A DNA stretch of 64,000 nt from positions 1-64,000 of the forward strand of contig JAYZAL010000041.1 of assembly GCA_036339735.1 (NCBI GenBank), written 5' to 3'. The position numbers and the translations under genes are program-made. Shown one piece after another: positions 21,750 through 31,702 of the stretch; positions within the stretch are counted from its first letter, which is position 1, and every line of letters starts with the position of its first letter. This DNA is from Candidatus Poribacteria bacterium. GTDB taxonomy: Bacteria; Poribacteria; WGA-4E; UBA9662. The notes beneath the pieces are model-generated. The model was not told the DNA's origin. It saw only the letters and a list, made by a program, of their open reading frames with translations, and searched no databases.

Positions 21750-22937
21750 GTGTCCGAATCGAAGAAATCAACTTTTGACCATCAGTTGCTTTTTATTGCC
21801 ATTTGTCTAGTTGCTTTTGGTTTGGTAATGAACTTCAGCAATGGAAACCCAGTCCGGTCTATTCAACAATTAAAGGCTGTTGGCTTCGGCTTAGTCGGTT
21901 TTTGTTTCGTTTACCTTATACCGCTGTATTTATACCAAAAATATGCTTATCATTTGTTATTCATTACAGTGATATCTCTTGTGTTGGTTTTCACACCAGT
22001 TGGTCATGAAGTCGTTTCTCAAAATCACAACCAGACATTCCATCGTTGGATTAAAGTTGGTGCTTTTCAGTTTCAGCCAGTAGAGTTAGCTAAGTTGGGC
22101 TTCATCATCTATATGGCCCATTTTCTCGTGATAAAGCAGGAACAGATTCATAGCCTGCATCGTGGGATTTTTCCGTTTCTCTCAGTGTTAGGTATTATAT
22201 TTTTGTTGTTGGTGCTTCAACCAGACTTTGGTTCCGCAGTTTTGATTAGTCTGATAGCTCTCGGCTTGTTGTGGGTAGGAGGCGCTAGACTCACCCAAAT
22301 TTTGTTAGTATTTTTTGTCGCTATTCTCTTAATTTATGGCTGGATACAAAACGATAGCTACAAAATGGAACGCTTGACTAACTTTATACAAGCGAAAGGG
22401 TCAGTTTTCGGTACTCATTACCAACTTGAACAATCTCTAAATGCTATAGCTTCTGGTGGTATATTTGGAAGCGGTATTGGGAATAGTATCTATAAACTTG
22501 GCCGATTACCCTACGCCCACACTGATTTTGTATTTTCTGTAGTTTCCGAAGAACTTGGACTATTTGGAGCGATAAGCCTAATTGGACTTTATATGTTACT
22601 GGTCTGGAGGGGAATTCAAATTGCACTTCGAGTTGGTAGAGTAGATAATCCCATCACATACAAGCTGAGTCAATCGATACTCACTGATTTTTGTCCAAGC
22701 AATCTTGCTAGGTTTGGGAGTTTGATTGCTCTTGGTATTACCGCTCAATTAGGACTCCAAGCATTCATCAATATTGGAGTCGCCCTTGGCGCGTTGCCTA
22801 CAAAGGGCATAACCCTACCCTTTATTAGTTATGGTGGATCTTCTCTAATGATGAGTATTATTAATATTGGTATTTTACTGAATATCTCCAAATTATCATC
22901 AACTGAGGGTATATCCTCCCCAAATGTACTCGTATAG
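21750..22937 (+). CDS. ftsW: SEDS peptidoglycan polymerase FtsW
   Basis: Multi-TM protein with RWI, FQPVELAK, QPDFGS, LPYAHTDFVFS, LPFISYGGSS; lies between murD and murG. Confidence 0.95.
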   Translation: MSESKKSTFDHQLLFIAICLVAFGLVMNFSNGNPVRSIQQLKAVGFGLVGFCFVYLIPLYLYQKYAYHLLFITVISLVLVFTPVGHEVVSQNHNQTFHRWIKVGAFQFQPVELAKLGFIIYMAHFLVIKQEQIHSLHRGIFPFLSVLGIIFLLLVLQPDFGSAVLISLIALGLLWVGGARLTQILLVFFVAILLIYGWIQNDSYKMERLTNFIQAKGSVFGTHYQLEQSLNAIASGGIFGSGIGNSIYKLGRLPYAHTDFVFSVVSEELGLFGAISLIGLYMLLVWRGIQIALRVGRVDNPITYKLSQSILTDFCPSNLARFGSLIALGITAQLGLQAFINIGVALGALPTKGITLPFISYGGSSLMMSIINIGILLNISKLSSTEGISSPNVLV

Positions 22938-24054
22938 TGGAAAAATACCGGTTGATATCGTTGTTTCTGGCGGTGGAACAGGAGGTCATATATATCCAGC
23001 CATTTCCATTGCTGAAACACTAAAACAAATTGTTCCAGAATTACGAATTGCTTTCATTGGAAATGTAAGTGGGCCAGAAGCAAGGTTAATTCCTCAATGT
23101 GGATTTCCCTTTCACCCAATTTCGGTATCCGGTTTTCCTCGTTACTGGACATGGCAGTGGGGTCGAGTTATACTGAACTTAGCCACCAGCTTAGTTCAGA
23201 CCTTCAAATTATTCCAAAAGCTAAAACCAAAAATCGTGATTGGAACTGGCGGTTATGTTTCCGGCCCCGTTCTTTTAGTTGCTCGCCTAAAGCAAATCCC
23301 CATCATTTTACAAGAACAAAATGCAATTCCTGGCTTGACCAACCGATTCATGGCCCATTTCGTAAAGGTAGCCTACTTAGGTTTACCAACTGCGCGGCCA
23401 CATTTCCCTTCCATTGGAATAATAACTGGAAATCCGGTGCGGGCGGAAATAACAGATCCACCTAAAAAAAACGATAGGCTCTATCATAAATACGGTTTGT
23501 TGCCAAACCTGAAAACTATTTTTGTGATGGGAGGAAGCCAGGGAGCAACTGCTGTTAATCAGATGGTAATGGAAACGATGAAAAAAATTTCGGGTTCCAA
23601 TACCTTTGATGAGTTTCAGATAATTCACCAAACTGGGCAACGAGACTATGAGATAGTGAACGACTTCTACCGAAACCAGCCACATATATCAGCTTTAGCA
23701 AAACCTTATTTTAATCAAATTGAAGAAATCTATGCGTTGGCAGATTTGCTAATCTGCCGCGCTGGAGGCTCAACATTGTCAGAAATTACTGCTTTTGGCG
23801 TGCCAGCTGTATTGGTCCCACGTCCATCACGTGACAGGCACCAATACTATAATGCAAAAGTATTATCAAATGCACAAGCGGCAATTATTCAAAAACAAAG
23901 CAAAACAGATCCCAAAGAATTCTTAGAGACAATCCGCAACCTGTTGTCAGACGATGAATTACTACTTCAAATGAAGTCTAATAGTCTTCGGATAGGTAAA
24001 CCAAACGCAAGTCAAGAAATTGCCCAATCTATCCTAGGACACATTGATTATTAA
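22924..24054 (+). CDS. murG: Lipid II GlcNAc transferase MurG
   Basis: GGGTGGHIYP, GTGGYVSGP, EQNAIPG, GGSQGA, RAGGSTLSE. Confidence 0.97.
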   Translation: MYSYSGKIPVDIVVSGGGTGGHIYPAISIAETLKQIVPELRIAFIGNVSGPEARLIPQCGFPFHPISVSGFPRYWTWQWGRVILNLATSLVQTFKLFQKLKPKIVIGTGGYVSGPVLLVARLKQIPIILQEQNAIPGLTNRFMAHFVKVAYLGLPTARPHFPSIGIITGNPVRAEITDPPKKNDRLYHKYGLLPNLKTIFVMGGSQGATAVNQMVMETMKKISGSNTFDEFQIIHQTGQRDYEIVNDFYRNQPHISALAKPYFNQIEEIYALADLLICRAGGSTLSEITAFGVPAVLVPRPSRDRHQYYNAKVLSNAQAAIIQKQSKTDPKEFLETIRNLLSDDELLLQMKSNSLRIGKPNASQEIAQSILGHIDY

Positions 24055-24077
24055 ACCTGAATCGACTGGAATTATAT

Positions 24078-25490
24078 TTGTTTTCTACATCGGCATCCAA
24101 AAATCACATATTTGATAAGGCAAGAAACATACATTTTGTAGGTATTGGTGGGGCGGGCCTCTGTAGCCTCGCTGAAATTATATATAGCTACGGATTTGTC
24201 GTCACTGGATCCGACAATCAACAAAACGAATCAACCCAGCGCTTATCTAACCTTGGATTAACTATTTTTTATGGACACCGAGCTGAGCATGTCGGCTCAG
24301 CTGATGTTTTAGTGGTTTCACCAGCTATTCCTGACGAGAATGTCGAAGTTAAACGAGCTATGAGTTGCAGAATTCCTATAATTACTGGTGCTGAAATGCT
24401 TTCCGAAATTATGCGCTATCATTATAGTATTGCTATTGCAGGAACACATGGTAAAACAACTACCACCGCAATGACTGCGTCTGTATTAGAAAAACTTGAC
24501 CCCACTGTGATTGTCGGTGGTAAGATGATCGACATTGGAAGTCATGCTCGGATTGGAAAAAGTGACATTGTAGTTTGTGAGGCAGACGAAGCCTATGGAT
24601 CAATCAAGTATTTTAGACCTAACCTTACTGTTGTTACGTCTATAGATGCCGATCATTTGGACTACTACCGAGATTTAGCTGATATATCCCACACTTTTCT
24701 TGAATTCATCAATAGGGTTCCTTTTTATAGTTCGTCAGTCCTCTGCTTAGATCAAAAGAACATTCAAAAACTTCTACCACAGGTACGAAAACCGTATATG
24801 ACTTATGGCTTTCACCCCGAAGCTAATATTAGAGCAGAAAATATCCAGTTTGAATCAGATCAAAGCTCATTTACAGTTTATTCGTATGACTCCGAATTGG
24901 GACAAATTCGGCTTAATATGCCTGGCTTGCATAATATATCGAATGCTCTAGCAGCTATTTCAGTTGCCTTAACTATTTCCCCATCAATCGGTAGTATTCC
25001 ATTTACGCAAATTCAGCATGCATTAGCCAGTTTTGGTGGAATCCATCGTAGATTCGAGGTTTTAGGAATAGCACGAGATATCCTTGTTGTAGATGACTAC
25101 GCCCATAATCCTGCAAAGCTACGTGCCGTTTTTAATGCCGCTAAAACTGGTTACAAACGTAGGGTCGTAGGTATAGTGCAACCACATCGCTACCAGCGAA
25201 TACATTCGCTGTACAAGGAATTTTCTTCTGCTTTTTTTGATACAGATTTGCTTTTCATCACTCCAATCTACGGTATGACGGAACACCCACTCAATGGTAT
25301 TTCCAGCGAAGATCTAGCTGAAGATATTAGGAAACAGGGGCATCGCAATGTCATATATATGCCAAATTTAGAAATTGAAGAAATCGTGGGACATCTTCGG
25401 CCCAATGATATTGTCATTACTGCAGGTGCAGGAGATATTTGGAAATTCAGCCATAAGTTACTCATTTATCTGAAACATAATAATGATTAA
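24078..25490 (+). CDS. murC: UDP-N-acetylmuramate:L-alanine ligase
   Basis: IHFVGIGG, AGTHGKTTTT, EADE, DADHLDYY, DDYAH, QPHRY. Confidence 0.95.
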   Translation: MFSTSASKNHIFDKARNIHFVGIGGAGLCSLAEIIYSYGFVVTGSDNQQNESTQRLSNLGLTIFYGHRAEHVGSADVLVVSPAIPDENVEVKRAMSCRIPIITGAEMLSEIMRYHYSIAIAGTHGKTTTTAMTASVLEKLDPTVIVGGKMIDIGSHARIGKSDIVVCEADEAYGSIKYFRPNLTVVTSIDADHLDYYRDLADISHTFLEFINRVPFYSSSVLCLDQKNIQKLLPQVRKPYMTYGFHPEANIRAENIQFESDQSSFTVYSYDSELGQIRLNMPGLHNISNALAAISVALTISPSIGSIPFTQIQHALASFGGIHRRFEVLGIARDILVVDDYAHNPAKLRAVFNAAKTGYKRRVVGIVQPHRYQRIHSLYKEFSSAFFDTDLLFITPIYGMTEHPLNGISSEDLAEDIRKQGHRNVIYMPNLEIEEIVGHLRPNDIVITAGAGDIWKFSHKLLIYLKHNND

Positions 25491-26391
25491 TACCGAAATT
25501 AACGTTGATTTTTCGTTAACGACCAATAAGCAAAAGCCCAAGTCGAAAATAACCGAACTAGCCATAAAAGCCTTCATGTTATCATTCATAGTATTGTCAA
25601 TTAGCCGATATACGTTTAATATATTAGACTTGGAGAAAATTTCAATTACTGGCAGCCGGCATTATTCTGAAAATGAAATCCTCCATGCTTCTGGCTTAGA
25701 TCTAGATCAAGATAAAATGCTGGGAATCTCGTTACCTGAGCTCACAGAAAAAATAAAAACTACGCTAAGTTACATTAAGGATGTTCAGGTTTCAAAACAC
25801 AATTTCGGTCGATCAGTAGACATATCGGTTACTGAGCGTCTGCCGTACGCTGCAGTAGAAATTTGGAAACAATCTGAAAAAGAGTTCCTTCTGGTAGATA
25901 TCGACGGATATGTGTTAAAATGCTCAACTAATCCCGAGAAATTACCAGATATAAGTACGACTGACAGGACGAATTTGCTTGTCTTTCGGCTGATATTAGC
26001 GAAAATGAACTCAAGTAGTAGTCTACGTGAGGGAGAGCAACTGCCTGAATACGAACAAGATGGATTTTTAGTTTGTAAACGAGTTTTGGATGAAATTAGA
26101 AAACAAATTCCTGAGTTGGTTTCTCAAATTGGAATTATCACTCTTGAGTTAAGAGCAGGTTCAAATCCGATGATGCATCTTGATGAGCACAGTTGGTCAA
26201 TCACTGTTAGTTGTGAAGATTTACCTCAGATTTGGCTATCAGTGGATCTTATCCAAAATGGGTTACAAAAGGTAGCAACTCTTATTCGGTCTAATCAAAT
26301 GCATAACGCAACAAACCAAATGCTTAGTGGATATTTAGACGCAAGATTCGAGAACGTGTTATATTGGGGAGAAGAGGGAAATGGCAAGTGA
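25483..26391 (+). CDS. ftsQ: Cell division protein FtsQ/DivIB
   Basis: Single TM helix, POTRA-like segment (ISITGSRHYSENEIL...YIKDVQVSK...ISVTERLP), C-terminal YLDARF; directly before ftsA. Confidence 0.85.
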   Translation: MINTEINVDFSLTTNKQKPKSKITELAIKAFMLSFIVLSISRYTFNILDLEKISITGSRHYSENEILHASGLDLDQDKMLGISLPELTEKIKTTLSYIKDVQVSKHNFGRSVDISVTERLPYAAVEIWKQSEKEFLLVDIDGYVLKCSTNPEKLPDISTTDRTNLLVFRLILAKMNSSSSLREGEQLPEYEQDGFLVCKRVLDEIRKQIPELVSQIGIITLELRAGSNPMMHLDEHSWSITVSCEDLPQIWLSVDLIQNGLQKVATLIRSNQMHNATNQMLSGYLDARFENVLYWGEEGNGK

Positions 26392-27658
26392 TGATATAGT
26401 TGTTGGTTTAGATATTGGTACTAGCAAAATTGCTACTATTATTGGCAATACTTGGCAGTCCGATCCCGAAAAAATCGAGATTGTTGGTGTAGGAAAATCG
26501 CCCTCTGAAGGGCTGAGAAAAGGCGTCGTTGTCGATATTGAAAAAACTACCGCATCGATTCGAGAATCTGTGAAAGAAGCTGAAACGATGGCTGGTGTCC
26601 AAGTAGGCTCAGTCTATGCAGGCATTGCAGGTGGTCATATCATGGGACACACTTCAGAAGGTGTTGTTGCAGTGGCGGGTGAAGGCCACGAAATTACTAA
26701 ATCAGATGTAGACCGAGCCATCAATACTGCGAAAGCAACAGCAACCCCAGTTGACCGTGAAGTGATTCACGTCTTACCGCAGGACTTTTCGGTTGATGAA
26801 CAGGAAGGTATTAAACATCCAATTGGTATGTCAGGGATTCGTCTTCAGGCTAATGTACACATTATTACTGGCGCTGTAGCTTCAGTACAGAACCTTCTCA
26901 AGAGCGTAAACAATGCAGGCTTGTCGGTTGAGGACATAGTCTTGGAGCCGATAGCGTCTGCAGATTCAATTTTGTCGATAGATGAAAAATCTGTTGGGGT
27001 GACTTTGGCCGATATGGGAGGTGGTACAACAGATATTGTAATCTATCAGGAGGATGCGCTACGTCATACAAAAGTGATCTCAGTTGGTGGTGATCACGTG
27101 ACCAACGACATAGCTCAAGTCTTGCGAATGACTCCTTACGATGCAGAAATACTCAAAAGAAGAAAAGGCTGTGCCTTGGCAGATTTGATCGAGTCCCACG
27201 AAAAAATTCAACCACCAACGGTGAGCGGAATGCCTGCTACAGTTAATTCAAGCGGTAGGATGCAGAGACCTCGACTTATCGACCGACAACATCTAGCCGA
27301 AATAGTTCAATGTCGAATGGAAGAAACGTTGAATATCATCCATAACGAAATTGCTTCTTTTAAAGTATCAACACCAGCTGGGTTAGTACTAACAGGTGGT
27401 ACATCTCTGATTTCAGGCTTACTGGAGTTGGCCCATGAGAGACTTCCTTACCCAGTAAGAATTGGTTATCCTAAGCCCTTGAAAGGACTAAGTGCACACG
27501 TTAACAGTCCAATTTTTGCCACGGGTGTTGGGCTGGTAATGTATGGTACGCGCATGAGACAGTCTACAGAAGGAGTAAGACAATTTATGAAACCAGGGGA
27601 TAATTTATTTGAACAAATTCTTCAACGAATGAAGGTGTGGTTCAGTGAATATTTTTAG
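26381..27658 (+). CDS. ftsA: Cell division protein FtsA
   Basis: VGLDIGTSKI, GLRKGVVVDIE, DMGGGTTD, VLTGG, C-terminal amphipathic helix LFEQILQRMKVWFSEYF. Confidence 0.98.
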   Translation: MASDDIVVGLDIGTSKIATIIGNTWQSDPEKIEIVGVGKSPSEGLRKGVVVDIEKTTASIRESVKEAETMAGVQVGSVYAGIAGGHIMGHTSEGVVAVAGEGHEITKSDVDRAINTAKATATPVDREVIHVLPQDFSVDEQEGIKHPIGMSGIRLQANVHIITGAVASVQNLLKSVNNAGLSVEDIVLEPIASADSILSIDEKSVGVTLADMGGGTTDIVIYQEDALRHTKVISVGGDHVTNDIAQVLRMTPYDAEILKRRKGCALADLIESHEKIQPPTVSGMPATVNSSGRMQRPRLIDRQHLAEIVQCRMEETLNIIHNEIASFKVSTPAGLVLTGGTSLISGLLELAHERLPYPVRIGYPKPLKGLSAHVNSPIFATGVGLVMYGTRMRQSTEGVRQFMKPGDNLFEQILQRMKVWFSEYF

Positions 27659-27688
27659 TTTGAGTAACGTAAATTTGAAAGACCGAAA

Positions 27689-29158
27689 TTAACGAATTAG
27701 GATTCGCCGAACGGTATTTCGATCAATTCCCAACATTCGAGCGGTCTGCGACTGATTTTTATTTGTGTACTCGTATACCTTCCTTACATACCAATTCTCA
27801 AAAATCTTTCGAGCATCGTTATAAGGTTGAATTGTGAGTAGATGGTTTAGCTCCCCTAAATCTCCCTCAATTTTCTTTTGTTCTGTACCTATATTCCATT
27901 TTTCACTTTCTTCCTCTGTAAGAGCGAGTTCATCTACCGAAATTGATTGACTTTCAGAAAATATCATACTCCTTTGAACAACATCCATCAGCTCTCTCAC
28001 GTTTCCATTCCAATTTTTCTTCTCTAAGAATTCGATTGCTGGCCTAGAAAATTGCTGATCAAGTTGGTATCGTTGACAGAAAATGTTACAGAAATGTTGT
28101 ACAAGTAGACAAATATCCCCTTCCCGTTTTCGTAGACTGGGTAAATTAATAGGCAATGCACTCAAGCGAAAATATAGATCTTGGCGAAAAAGGCCATCCG
28201 TAATTGATTGCTTTAGGTCTCGATTAGTAGCTGCGATAACTCGTACATCGATAATCCGTTCTTGATTTTCGCCGATTCGCTTGATTTTTTTTTCTTGCAG
28301 AACTCTTAGTAAACGAGGTTGCATAGCCAATGGCATTTCACCAATTTCATCCAAGAATATCGTTCCACCTTTGGCTGCTTCAAATGCACCTAAGCGTTGG
28401 TTAGTCGCACCACTAAAAGCTCCTTTTCCATGTCCAAAAAGCTCGTCTTCTATCAAGCTTTCCGGAAATGCAGCACAATTCAAGGGCAAAAAAGGACGAT
28501 CCGATCTCTTACTATGATAATGTATGGCCCGTGCCACAAGTTCTTTCCCAGTACCAGTCTCTCCTGTAATTAACGTTACAGGAACTGAATCCCCATTTGA
28601 GTCTATCTTTGCAATCCGTTCAATTTGGCTAAATATCTTTCGCATAGATGGAGAAATACCGACAATAATTTGTCCCGCAGCATAGGGAAGTCCACCAATT
28701 CGATCGATAGTTTTCTTTTTTTGTATCCGGATGGTTCTTTCCAATTGAAGTCGCTCATTAATAGCTTGAATACGGAACATGAGTGCATCCAAAAAGCCAC
28801 TTCCCTTTTCGATAAAATCTGTTGCTCCCCTTCGTACAGCTTCTAAGGCGTTTTCTATTTCGCTATTACCGGTTACAACCACGACCTTACAATCGGGAAA
28901 CTCTTTTCTAATATAAGATAAAAAAGATAAGCCTTCTAAATTTGATTGCTTTTCCTTCATAGAAATTGTGGACTGTAATTCACCCATCTCAAATGAAAGA
29001 TCAAGCAAGACAATATCTGGATCAAATTTCGTGAGTTTTGGGATAGCTTCCGCTGGGTTAACAGCAGTCTCAAATACCATTTCAAGTGACGATAACTTAC
29101 GTTGGTAATGCTGCCAAAAAGCTATTTCATCTTCAACAATCAAGATTTTAGTCTTCAT
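27689..29158 (-). CDS. Sigma-54-dependent response regulator (REC-AAA+-Fis HTH; NtrC/PrsR-like)
   Basis: ILIVEDE, DIVLLD, GETGTGKE, ELFGHGKGAFSGA, FLDEIGEM, IAATNRDL, FRQDLYFRL, NQSQTARMLGIDRNT. Confidence 0.95.
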   Translation of the reverse strand: MKTKILIVEDEIAFWQHYQRKLSSLEMVFETAVNPAEAIPKLTKFDPDIVLLDLSFEMGELQSTISMKEKQSNLEGLSFLSYIRKEFPDCKVVVVTGNSEIENALEAVRRGATDFIEKGSGFLDALMFRIQAINERLQLERTIRIQKKKTIDRIGGLPYAAGQIIVGISPSMRKIFSQIERIAKIDSNGDSVPVTLITGETGTGKELVARAIHYHSKRSDRPFLPLNCAAFPESLIEDELFGHGKGAFSGATNQRLGAFEAAKGGTIFLDEIGEMPLAMQPRLLRVLQEKKIKRIGENQERIIDVRVIAATNRDLKQSITDGLFRQDLYFRLSALPINLPSLRKREGDICLLVQHFCNIFCQRYQLDQQFSRPAIEFLEKKNWNGNVRELMDVVQRSMIFSESQSISVDELALTEEESEKWNIGTEQKKIEGDLGELNHLLTIQPYNDARKIFENWYVRKVYEYTNKNQSQTARMLGIDRNTVRRILIR

Positions 29159-31424
29159 TTTGACTCCATTTATTATCAGATTTCAGATGGACAATCCAGC
29201 CTTTTGTATCAGCAGGCCTGTATATTTTTTTTTCTGATTTGTCACTTCTCAAATACTTAGAGGTATGCCAAAGGCAAACTCGATCACCATCTGGCAACCA
29301 ATGAATATTTGTCAGTCGTAGGTTCGTACGGGCAATTTGCCACTTGGAGCGGTTCTTTAGATCATAAATCCAGACTAACCATTGTACGCCCATACAATCA
29401 GAACGCTCCATAAAAACTAACCGAAGGTCGGTAGGGGACCAAGCTGGTGCGGTATGCTTGAAAACCTTCGTATCTAGTATTCGGTTGCTGTTGGTAACAT
29501 GTAGACGTTTATCTAATACTGGGTCTAACTTCATAAGGCCAGTCTGCACATGAGACAAATAGGAGCCATCAGCTGACCACACTAGGTTTTGAATTCGGCG
29601 GCTTTGCGTTGAAATCGTCTGAAGTCGATGACCTGAAGTTGTATAAATCGCAACTTCTGATCGGCCCGTGACAAAATGATGACCATCAAGACCAAAAGCA
29701 ATCCGTTTTCCATCCGGAGACCAAGCTGGTGGTGCCAAATAAGAAAATGAACTCAACTGTCCATTAATCGGAATACGGGCTATAGTCTGTAAACTACTAC
29801 CGTCGATGTTGACCTGATACAAAATATCTTCGTTGTCTTTCCAACGACGAAAAGCAATCTGGTTTGCAACAGGAGAACATGCTGGTGCATCTCCTTTTGC
29901 AATCTTAATAAGCTCCTTGGTTATGGAATTAATAGCCCAAATGTAGCTTTGATTGTCTTCATAGGCCTCAAAGATAATCCACTTACTGTCTAATGACCAA
30001 GATAAATTTGGGTTGTAGAAATTCCCTTTGCATTGTTTATAAAACTGACGATTCGTAGTAGAAAAAGTCCACAGTTCGTTAGCTTGCCAATATTGCCCCG
30101 AAAGATTGGTCCTGCGCAGAAAAGTAATAGACTTACCATCTGGAGACCAATTTGGCATCTCTGCTCCATTTATTAAGGAGATCGATTCAATTTGTCCACA
30201 GATATCCATATTAAATTGAATCGATTCTTCACCTGAAAAACGGCCAACAGCATTGGCCTCAACCCAACCTGATTGACCGTTGGGTAACTGAATTTGACGA
30301 AATTGTTCGCGATCTTTATTTCCTTTTGGGTCAAGATTCACATTTTCTAGGATTGGTACAACTACACCATCATTTAACTCCGCAATGATTGATGATTGTT
30401 TTTTTGTATTTGTCGGTTCCTCTGGAAATCTATAAACAGGCGACGTATCTTGTACAATGGTACCAAGGATAGCCTCGGCTCCTGATGTATTTGTCGATTT
30501 TTTTTCAAGCTTTTTGACCGCGCCAAAAGCGTAGAGGTAGCCGTCGTAGGAGGTAGCATAAAGCATATTACCCGCGATAGCTGGAGCAGAATCGATATAC
30601 CCATCTGTCTGGTAACGCCAAACGACATTTTGTTTCACTGGGTCAATCGCATAAAGCTGATTATCACGACTGCCAATGTAAACTGTACCATTAGCTATTA
30701 CGGGGTAACTTTGACTGAATGGAATAAGATTTTTCCATTCGTCGATCCGATAAGCTGGTTGGCTTGGCATTAAGCGTCCATTATGGCAAATGAAGTCCGT
30801 ATCGTTTATTTGAACTTGTCTGTTTACTTTCCGCAATAATCTACCCGTTGCTGCCTGTAACAGGTAAATTGTATTATTATAACTACCCACATAAACTGTC
30901 CCATCTTCAACTAAAATTGGCCCATTAACCCAGTTTTGAACTTTGAATCTCCAAACTTCCTTGCCAGTTCTGAGATTTAGTGCATACACAATTCCGTCAG
31001 TGACACTAAAGAAAACGAAATCGTCCCAAACAGCAGCTGAAAAACGGATAGCACTACTTGCCCTGAATTTCCATTTAACTCCCCATGATTTAGCTAACAG
31101 TGCGTAGAAATAGTTGTCAGTTGAACCAACGTAGATAGTATCTTCGACCGCTATAGGACTCGCTTGTATCGGACCTCCCGTCTTAAATTTCCACTTCAGT
31201 TCTAATGGTGGTTTTATCTCTTTATTGTTACTTCTTCCTGATTGTTTTAAATCAAACATGAACATTGGCCAGTCTTGGGTACGGTGTACCCTAGGAGTTC
31301 CCGATGGTTGAATCGAACGTGTTTCTTGTGGGGCAGGATCTTCCGATTTACAACAAGTTAAGTTGAACCATATAAAAAGTGCATGTAAGAGAAAAAATAA
31401 CCGAGATCCCCCAGTACCAGCCAT
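29148..31424 (-). CDS. Exported protein: PQQ-like beta-propeller + SH3b-like domain + TolB/PD40 propeller
   Basis: Hydrophobic N-terminus with Cys (possible lipoprotein); PQQ/BamB-like repeats (LKWKFKTGGPIQASP, VYVGSYNN, VWRYQTDGYIDSAP); SH3-like QIQLPNGQSGWV; PD40 repeats PNWSPDGKSITF and PAWSPDGKRIAF. Confidence 0.8.
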   Translation of the reverse strand: MAGTGGSRLFFLLHALFIWFNLTCCKSEDPAPQETRSIQPSGTPRVHRTQDWPMFMFDLKQSGRSNNKEIKPPLELKWKFKTGGPIQASPIAVEDTIYVGSTDNYFYALLAKSWGVKWKFRASSAIRFSAAVWDDFVFFSVTDGIVYALNLRTGKEVWRFKVQNWVNGPILVEDGTVYVGSYNNTIYLLQAATGRLLRKVNRQVQINDTDFICHNGRLMPSQPAYRIDEWKNLIPFSQSYPVIANGTVYIGSRDNQLYAIDPVKQNVVWRYQTDGYIDSAPAIAGNMLYATSYDGYLYAFGAVKKLEKKSTNTSGAEAILGTIVQDTSPVYRFPEEPTNTKKQSSIIAELNDGVVVPILENVNLDPKGNKDREQFRQIQLPNGQSGWVEANAVGRFSGEESIQFNMDICGQIESISLINGAEMPNWSPDGKSITFLRRTNLSGQYWQANELWTFSTTNRQFYKQCKGNFYNPNLSWSLDSKWIIFEAYEDNQSYIWAINSITKELIKIAKGDAPACSPVANQIAFRRWKDNEDILYQVNIDGSSLQTIARIPINGQLSSFSYLAPPAWSPDGKRIAFGLDGHHFVTGRSEVAIYTTSGHRLQTISTQSRRIQNLVWSADGSYLSHVQTGLMKLDPVLDKRLHVTNSNRILDTKVFKHTAPAWSPTDLRLVFMERSDCMGVQWLVWIYDLKNRSKWQIARTNLRLTNIHWLPDGDRVCLWHTSKYLRSDKSEKKIYRPADTKGWIVHLKSDNKWSQNED

Positions 31425-31702
31425 CTAATTCAAATCAAATTTGTACACGAGCAGAGACATTAGGAAACTTTGATTTGACTTTCCACATACAGCTTTTTCG
31501 GTTTTTAACGAAGTGTGGTAATTGACTAATCATTTCATTTTCTAGAACATTTGAGTAGAATTTTGATTGAATTATTTTTGGGGTTCTATGATTGCTAACC
31601 GGATAGTAGTTATTCATCAGGTACGATATACAAAAACCACAGTCAAACGACCCGAAAATCCCCCTGAATAAGAATTTCAAATGGTTGAGACTAAATAATT
31701 TT

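Noticed and set aside
31435-31680. 81-aa minus-strand ORF
   Set aside because: No RBS or motif; more likely the promoter region of the propeller-regulator unit.
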